From Candidatus Obscuribacteraceae bacterium (GTDB taxonomy: Bacteria; Cyanobacteriota; Vampirovibrionia; Obscuribacterales; Obscuribacteraceae): 64,000 nucleotides of DNA. This document shows, piece by piece, positions 58,719 through 64,000 of this stretch. A program made the translations under genes and the position numbers. The notes under the pieces were generated by a model that ran no database searches, had not been told where the DNA came from, and saw nothing but the letters and a program-made list of their open reading frames with translations. The DNA lies in contig JBGASG010000003.1 in the NCBI GenBank assembly GCA_044229845.1, positions 96,001-160,000 on the forward strand. Reading direction: 5' to 3'. Every line of letters begins with the position of its first letter. Position 1 is the stretch's first letter.

Positions 58719-59054
58719 ATGATGAAGTCAAACAATAAAAAGAGCTTGATAGCGAAGCAAGTGCTCGCAGCTCTCAGTTTGATGATTTTGGCGGCACCGA
58801 ACGCGATGGCAATCATCAATGACCCGTTGATTGCCAGTCAGCTCGTACAAAAGCGCCACACGCTTATTGCTAAAGAACAAAACATTCTTCGCGATGTAGA
58901 TAACCTGCTTCGCGACATCGACGAACTGACGCGCCGGAAAGACCAACAGTCGGCTGCCGAAATCAATGAATTGAGCAAAAAGCTCGATAAGAAAAGCTAC
59001 GACCTGCGTCAAGTCCGCCTGGACCTGCGCGATGTAGATCTGCAGTTGCTATAA
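58719..59054 (+). CDS. Small exported coiled-coil protein
   Basis: Signal peptide ending in AMA; heptad pattern. Confidence 0.75.
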   Translation: MMKSNNKKSLIAKQVLAALSLMILAAPNAMAIINDPLIASQLVQKRHTLIAKEQNILRDVDNLLRDIDELTRRKDQQSAAEINELSKKLDKKSYDLRQVRLDLRDVDLQLL

Positions 59055-59081
59055 GCAACAATCTTCGTCCTTACGGACACA

Positions 59082-59121
59082 AATGAAACGCCGGAAACAA
59101 CTCGGCGTTTCGTTTCTTTTT
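59082..59121 (+). terminator. Intrinsic terminator
   Basis: GAAACGCCG-loop-CGGCGTTTC followed by a T-rich tail. Confidence 0.8.
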
Positions 59122-59315
59122 GTAGGCACCAGCGCGCCGGCAGAGGTGGATGGGGGTGCCTTTCTTCCCTAGCGCGTTACAACACTTTGTTGAAAGCCAA
59201 GAGGCGCGGTCCAAGACGCGCCTGGCATGCGATTCTTGCTCAGAACAAAGAAAAATGGAGCGGTTTCGCCCAACGAAAACCGCTCCAGGGGTACCAGCGA
59301 TGCGCGTTGCTGGTG

Positions 59316-60146
59316 TTAAAAAGCGCCGTATTGATTGGGACTGGACGAAAGAGAGACCGTCATGGGAGCGTCCAGCTGCAGTTGCAGTTGTTCGCCGGAT
59401 GCCATGATTACATTTTTGCCTTTGCGAGCCAGAGTGCTGGCCAATCCGACACCACCGCCGATGGCAGTTCCGGACCAGGCACCGCGTCCGGCACCACGTC
59501 CGCCGTGTCCGGCGATGGCACCGATAGCGGTACCAAGAGCAGCACCCGTACCGGCGCCGATCGCGCCGCGGATTACTCCCTGTCCGACTTTGGTCTTCCA
59601 GGTTTCACCTTTATATGTGTCGCTCATGTCCGAACCGACGTCGTTATATTTGCCGACTTTGCCAACCACGTGCGCGCTCATGGGAGCTTCAACGCCGTTA
59701 GGCATGCGCAAGCGATTGAACTTGATTCCAAGCGTGCCGGCACGGCCGAGCCAACCGCCGGCTTTTGCTTCGACGACGTTGCCGACTACAGTGGCGCCGG
59801 CCGGAATCATGCTGCCGTTCAGATAAATCGGCTGATTGATCGTGGCTTGAATCATATCGCCTGGTCGAGCAGCTTCAGTAGAAATGGATGTTGCCAGTTG
59901 CACCGGAAATGTCATGCCGGCCGGCACGAAGGCAACACGACCTTGCTGATAGCCAGTGGGCTGATATTGCGACTGGTATTGCGGCGGCTGATACTGCGGC
60001 TGTGCTTGCGGGGTGGATGCGGCATTGTAGTTGCCGTAAGAAGAACTGCCGTAGGTATCGTATTGAGCAAATGCCGGAACGGAAAAGGACAAGATGCAGC
60101 TCAAAGCTGAAACAGCGGGGACAACGCCTTTGACTAGACTGGCCAT
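59316..60146 (-). CDS. Exported TrbI/VirB10-like beta-domain protein with glycine zipper
   Basis: Signal peptide; VPAGMTF.V.L.T.IST...PGD; IPAGATVVG; GAGTGAALG. Confidence 0.8.
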   Translation of the reverse strand: MASLVKGVVPAVSALSCILSFSVPAFAQYDTYGSSSYGNYNAASTPQAQPQYQPPQYQSQYQPTGYQQGRVAFVPAGMTFPVQLATSISTEAARPGDMIQATINQPIYLNGSMIPAGATVVGNVVEAKAGGWLGRAGTLGIKFNRLRMPNGVEAPMSAHVVGKVGKYNDVGSDMSDTYKGETWKTKVGQGVIRGAIGAGTGAALGTAIGAIAGHGGRGAGRGAWSGTAIGGGVGLASTLARKGKNVIMASGEQLQLQLDAPMTVSLSSSPNQYGAF

Positions 60147-60404
60147 GATTACTCCTTTGATAGCCTTTGTTCAGTGGCTCAACTGAGGGGCGAATTAACG
60201 CGACAGGGAACCAGCGAGCGTTGTCCAGAACAACCGAACACTCGCGTTCTCACAAGCCGGTAGACGCCCATGCTTGGGTCGTGTTCCTCAACTTTTCAAA
60301 AGTTTTTTGTAATCGCCAGAAATCGGCTCCAGTTGTGGCAATTGCAGGATGTCACAAGCTCAACCATAAAACATTCGCGGTGTCCGGTAATACCGGAATT
60401 GGTG

Positions 60405-62633
60405 CTAGCGTCCCCAATTGTATTCGCTGACACCGCGTCCGCTCTTGACTGGCGAGGCAGAACGAGGGTGTCCGGCCGATGAAGTTCCACTGTTCGAAGT
60501 ATACGAATAGCTTTCTTCCGGATGATATATAACGATCGGCTTCTGCTTTTTGGCCACTTCCTGCTCCTTCGGCATATGCAACGAAAAGTCGCCTCGCAAG
60601 CGGGTGCACGCCGCAAACATCCCGGCCGGTCGCGGATGCTTTATATAGTATTGCCGGTTGTACTCTCTCCAGAGTCGAGCCATCACGGCACCGCCAGTCA
60701 CTTGCGTGCCTGCCACCGGTTTGTTTTCGGAATTGCCCGCCCAGACACTGGTCACCAGATCCGGTGTGAATCCAACAAACCAGATATCTCGTCCTTTGTC
60801 GGCGGTACCGGTCTTGCCGGCAACGGGGCGGTCGGAAAGGCGAGCCGCAACGCCCGTCCCAGATGCCACCACGTCCTGCAGCAGGTCGACAATTTGAGCC
60901 ACTGCCTCGTGATCGAAAACCGGATCTGAATCTTGATGAGAAACCATCAGCACTCGCCCGCCCCTGTCTTCCACCCGGCGGATACAGAGCGCCCGCATGC
61001 GCACTCCGCCACGCGCCAGAGTCGCATAAGCATTGGCCATTTCCATCGGTGAGGCGGCAGAACAGCCAAGCGCCAGGGCCAGTTCGGGCGCCAGGTCCGA
61101 CTCGATGCCCGCCGACTTGGCAGTCGATATCACTTCGCTGATGCCGACGGCTTGCGCCGTACGCAAAGCCGGTATGTTTCTCGAGAAAGCCAGGGCTTCT
61201 TTGACCGTGATGGTGCCCAGAAAGCGCTTATCGAAATTTTGTGGCTTATACTCTTGCCCGTTTCCTTGCTTGATCTGAAATGGCGTGTCATTGATGTAGC
61301 TGTCCGGTGTCAACTGCTTCTCGATGAACGCCGTCAGATAAACAAACGGTTTAAACGCGGAGCCCATGGTATGCGGATTGGTCGCGCAGTTCCACTGGTT
61401 GTCTTCGTAGTTGCCCACGCCGCCGACCAGTGCCACCACCGCTCCGTCGTCGACTCTAATGGAGACGAGCGCTCCCTGATTGATGCCCGCCGGTGCGCTG
61501 CGTATGCCGGCGCCCATCACGCGCTCAGCCGCATCCTGGGCTGCCGGATCGAGATTTGTGTATACCTTTAAGCCGTGGCGTTGCATCTCGGCAGGGCTGA
61601 AACGGTCCTTCACCAGATCCATTACATAACTTATGTAATACGGATACTTGGTGATTTTCTCCACTTTCTCCTTCTCGTCGACGCGCTTGAACACCAGCTC
61701 TTGAGCTTTGGCTTGTTCCCATTGCTGTCCGGTTATGTAGCCGCACTCGTGCATACTGCCGAGCACATCGAGCTGGCGAGCCACCGTTTCGCGCCGGTGC
61801 GCCGCCGAAGGTCCGATGTTCGGATACCGGATGATGCCGGCCAGATAAGCCGCTTCCGCGATCGTCAGTTGCTCGGCACCTTTGCCGAAATATCGGCGCG
61901 CAGCTTGCTCAATGCCGTACGCGCCGTTGCCGAAATAGATCTCGTTCAAATACAGCTCGAGTATTTTCTCCTTGGAGAAACGACTCTCCATCTGCCAGGC
62001 AACAATCGCTTCAGCAAGCTTGAGATCAATGGATCGTTTCTCACCCTCGAAAAACAGATTTTTCACCAGCTGTTGGGTGATCGTCGAACCGCCTTCGACC
62101 ACATGACCGGCAAAGGCGTTGACGGTGGCCGCACGCGCGATGCTCACGAAGTTGATGCCTTTATGTTCGTAAAAATGCCTGTCTTCAGCGGTTAAGACCG
62201 CCCTCTGCAAGAACGGAGACACTTGATTGAGCGGTACGAGCTTGCGTTTCTCGGTGCTCTTCACGGCGCAAATCAGAGCATCGTTGCGATCGAAAAATTG
62301 AATTGCTTCACTGGGCTTGTAATTTTCCAGATATGCCAGGTTGGGCACCTGCGTCAGGCGAAAACCAATCAAAATGGCAAAGAACGCAATCAAGCCGAAT
62401 ACGGCCAATAGTCCGACCTTGAGTCCGGTCGTGACGATGCGGCGCGCAAACTGAGCCGCCACCACAGCATTCTCGTACTGGCGGGTGGCCAGCAGCTTCC
62501 GGCTCCATGAGCCTCGTTTGCGAGGGAATCTGCCTTTGCGCAAAATCTGGCCTAGTCTAGCTGGGAAAGGTTGGTAAGCAATGTTAGGGCTTCTGGATAG
62601 ATTGAAACACGCCGCCGGCGCTCTTGACAACAA
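60405..62633 (-). CDS. Class A penicillin-binding protein (second paralog)
   Basis: AEDRHFYEHKG, GGSTITQQLVKN, GSAFKPF, SRN and GKTGT motifs; start uncertain. Confidence 0.95.
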   Translation of the reverse strand: MLSRAPAACFNLSRSPNIAYQPFPARLGQILRKGRFPRKRGSWSRKLLATRQYENAVVAAQFARRIVTTGLKVGLLAVFGLIAFFAILIGFRLTQVPNLAYLENYKPSEAIQFFDRNDALICAVKSTEKRKLVPLNQVSPFLQRAVLTAEDRHFYEHKGINFVSIARAATVNAFAGHVVEGGSTITQQLVKNLFFEGEKRSIDLKLAEAIVAWQMESRFSKEKILELYLNEIYFGNGAYGIEQAARRYFGKGAEQLTIAEAAYLAGIIRYPNIGPSAAHRRETVARQLDVLGSMHECGYITGQQWEQAKAQELVFKRVDEKEKVEKITKYPYYISYVMDLVKDRFSPAEMQRHGLKVYTNLDPAAQDAAERVMGAGIRSAPAGINQGALVSIRVDDGAVVALVGGVGNYEDNQWNCATNPHTMGSAFKPFVYLTAFIEKQLTPDSYINDTPFQIKQGNGQEYKPQNFDKRFLGTITVKEALAFSRNIPALRTAQAVGISEVISTAKSAGIESDLAPELALALGCSAASPMEMANAYATLARGGVRMRALCIRRVEDRGGRVLMVSHQDSDPVFDHEAVAQIVDLLQDVVASGTGVAARLSDRPVAGKTGTADKGRDIWFVGFTPDLVTSVWAGNSENKPVAGTQVTGGAVMARLWREYNRQYYIKHPRPAGMFAACTRLRGDFSLHMPKEQEVAKKQKPIVIYHPEESYSYTSNSGTSSAGHPRSASPVKSGRGVSEYNWGR

Positions 62634-62722
62634 GTATTCACTGCTAATCCCCGTTTCGAGGATCGCAAATATCTAAGAAGGTGCATAATTAGAGGGGTAA
62701 CAGCTGTTCGGATCGCCTCTCG

Positions 62723-63217
62723 ATGAAGTTTGCCGGTATGCGGTTAGCACATTTCACGCTGTCAGTCCTTTCGACAGCGGTTCTTTCTTTATCGGCGCCG
62801 GGTCGGGCGCAGGATCAGCCCAAGCCCGACGCGGGCAAACCGGCGTTGATACCGGGCATCGCCGCCGGCGGCAAATCCTTCAAGCAACCCTACGGGATGC
62901 ACCTGGAGCCGATTCTCAAAACAATCAAGGCTAATGACGACCAGCGAAAGAAAATCACCGCCATCGTCAACAATTACAAGCCCAAAATTCAGCCACTGCG
63001 TGAGCAATACAACCTGAAGCGCGAGGAGTTCTTGAAGTCGATCTGCGACGGCAAGGAAGACGAGGTGGTCATGTCGCAGCAGGTGGAGTTAGGGCGCCTG
63101 TATTCTGACATCACCTCCCAATACACTTTTATGCGTCTGGAAATTCGCAAGTTTTTGTCGCCGGACCAGATTCTTCTTATGGAAAAGTACCGAAAACAGC
63201 AGGGCTGGTCGCGCTAG
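62723..63217 (+). CDS. Spy/CpxP-like periplasmic protein
   Basis: Signal peptide; DDQRKKI..I and LSPDQ motifs. Confidence 0.7.
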   Translation: MKFAGMRLAHFTLSVLSTAVLSLSAPGRAQDQPKPDAGKPALIPGIAAGGKSFKQPYGMHLEPILKTIKANDDQRKKITAIVNNYKPKIQPLREQYNLKREEFLKSICDGKEDEVVMSQQVELGRLYSDITSQYTFMRLEIRKFLSPDQILLMEKYRKQQGWSR

Positions 63218-63240
63218 AGCCCGTATAATTGACCCCCATT

Positions 63241-64000
63241 ATGAAGTTCGGACTTACGGCACAAATTTTTGTTGGTCTGGTCGCCGGCATCTTGATTGGC
63301 TGGCTGTGGCCGCAGGTCGGTGTGGCAGTGGCACCGGGCGCCGAAGTTTTCTTGCGCCTGATCAAGACCATCATTGCACCGCTCGTATTCGCCACTCTGG
63401 TCGTCGGGATCGCCGGGCACGGCAACCTGTCTTCGGTCGGACGACTGGGTGTCAAGTCGCTGATCTATTTCGAGGTGGTCACCACTTTCGCGCTGGTGAT
63501 CGGTCTCTTCATGGTCAACTGGCTCCAGCCGGGAGCCGGGATCAATCTGTCGGCAGTCACCGATAGTAGTGCCGTCGGCGATCTGGTCTCGAAGCAACCG
63601 GCAGCCGGAGACTTGATCACGCACGTGTTTCCGACCAGCATTGTCGATGCCATGGCCCGCGGCGACGTGCTGCAAATCGTGGTCTTCTCAATCATCTTCG
63701 CTGCTGCTGTATCCGCCACCCGCGCGCAACCGATTCTGGATTTTTGCCAGTCACTTTCCGAAGTGATGTTCAAATATACCGGCTATGTCATGAAGTTCGC
63801 GCCAATCGGTGTTGCTTGCGCCATGGCAGCCACGGTCGGCAAACACGGACTGCTGGTGCTGTTTTCGCTGGGCAAACTGGTCGGCACCCTCTATCTGGCG
63901 CTCTTCGTATTCATCGTAGTGGTACTGGGTACGGTGGCATGGATCGCCCGTGTACCCTTGAAGGAGTTTCTGTCCGCGGTGCGCGAACCGATGCTGCTGG
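63241..64000 (+). CDS. Dicarboxylate/amino acid:cation symporter (DAACS, GltP/DctA-like), 3' truncated
   Basis: Translated by hand: FLRLIKTIIAPLVFATLVVGIAG...VGRLGVKSLIYFEVVTT. Confidence 0.92.
   Translation, partial: MKFGLTAQIFVGLVAGILIGWLWPQVGVAVAPGAEVFLRLIKTIIAPLVFATLVVGIAGHGNLSSVGRLGVKSLIYFEVVTTFALVIGLFMVNWLQPGAGINLSAVTDSSAVGDLVSKQPAAGDLITHVFPTSIVDAMARGDVLQIVVFSIIFAAAVSATRAQPILDFCQSLSEVMFKYTGYVMKFAPIGVACAMAATVGKHGLLVLFSLGKLVGTLYLALFVFIVVVLGTVAWIARVPLKEFLSAVREPMLL

Overview
Bacterial chromosomal window with about 55 CDSs. Recognisable genes: TrmH-family methyltransferase (partial), PP2C phosphatase, aceB, an Lnt-like protein, a NifU-like protein, gap-pgk, a CDF transporter, two Ser/Thr kinases, dacB, an AlkA-like glycosylase, rtcB, two class A PBPs, an exosortase with a VIT/PEP-CTERM target, an NCS1 permease, an M20 peptidase, a MocR/PdxR regulator and a DAACS transporter (partial). 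There are also many TPR and hypothetical proteins. The gene style suggests non-photosynthetic Cyanobacteriota (Vampirovibrionia/Obscuribacterales); this is inference only. I saw no rRNA, tRNA, CRISPR array or transposase. The most notable signals are non-coding. (1) Three tandem, self-contained ~85-90 nt sRNA-like units at 25080-25601 (minus strand) share an invariant 19-nt core, each with its own terminator and an identically spaced CAC-N8-CAC/-10 promoter. (2) An unrelated ~86-nt sRNA-like unit is duplicated with 200-bp period at 56716-57070. (3) A dispersed 20-bp GATATC-centred palindrome family has 15 copies at 8 loci. All product calls come from motif recognition by eye, with no database search.
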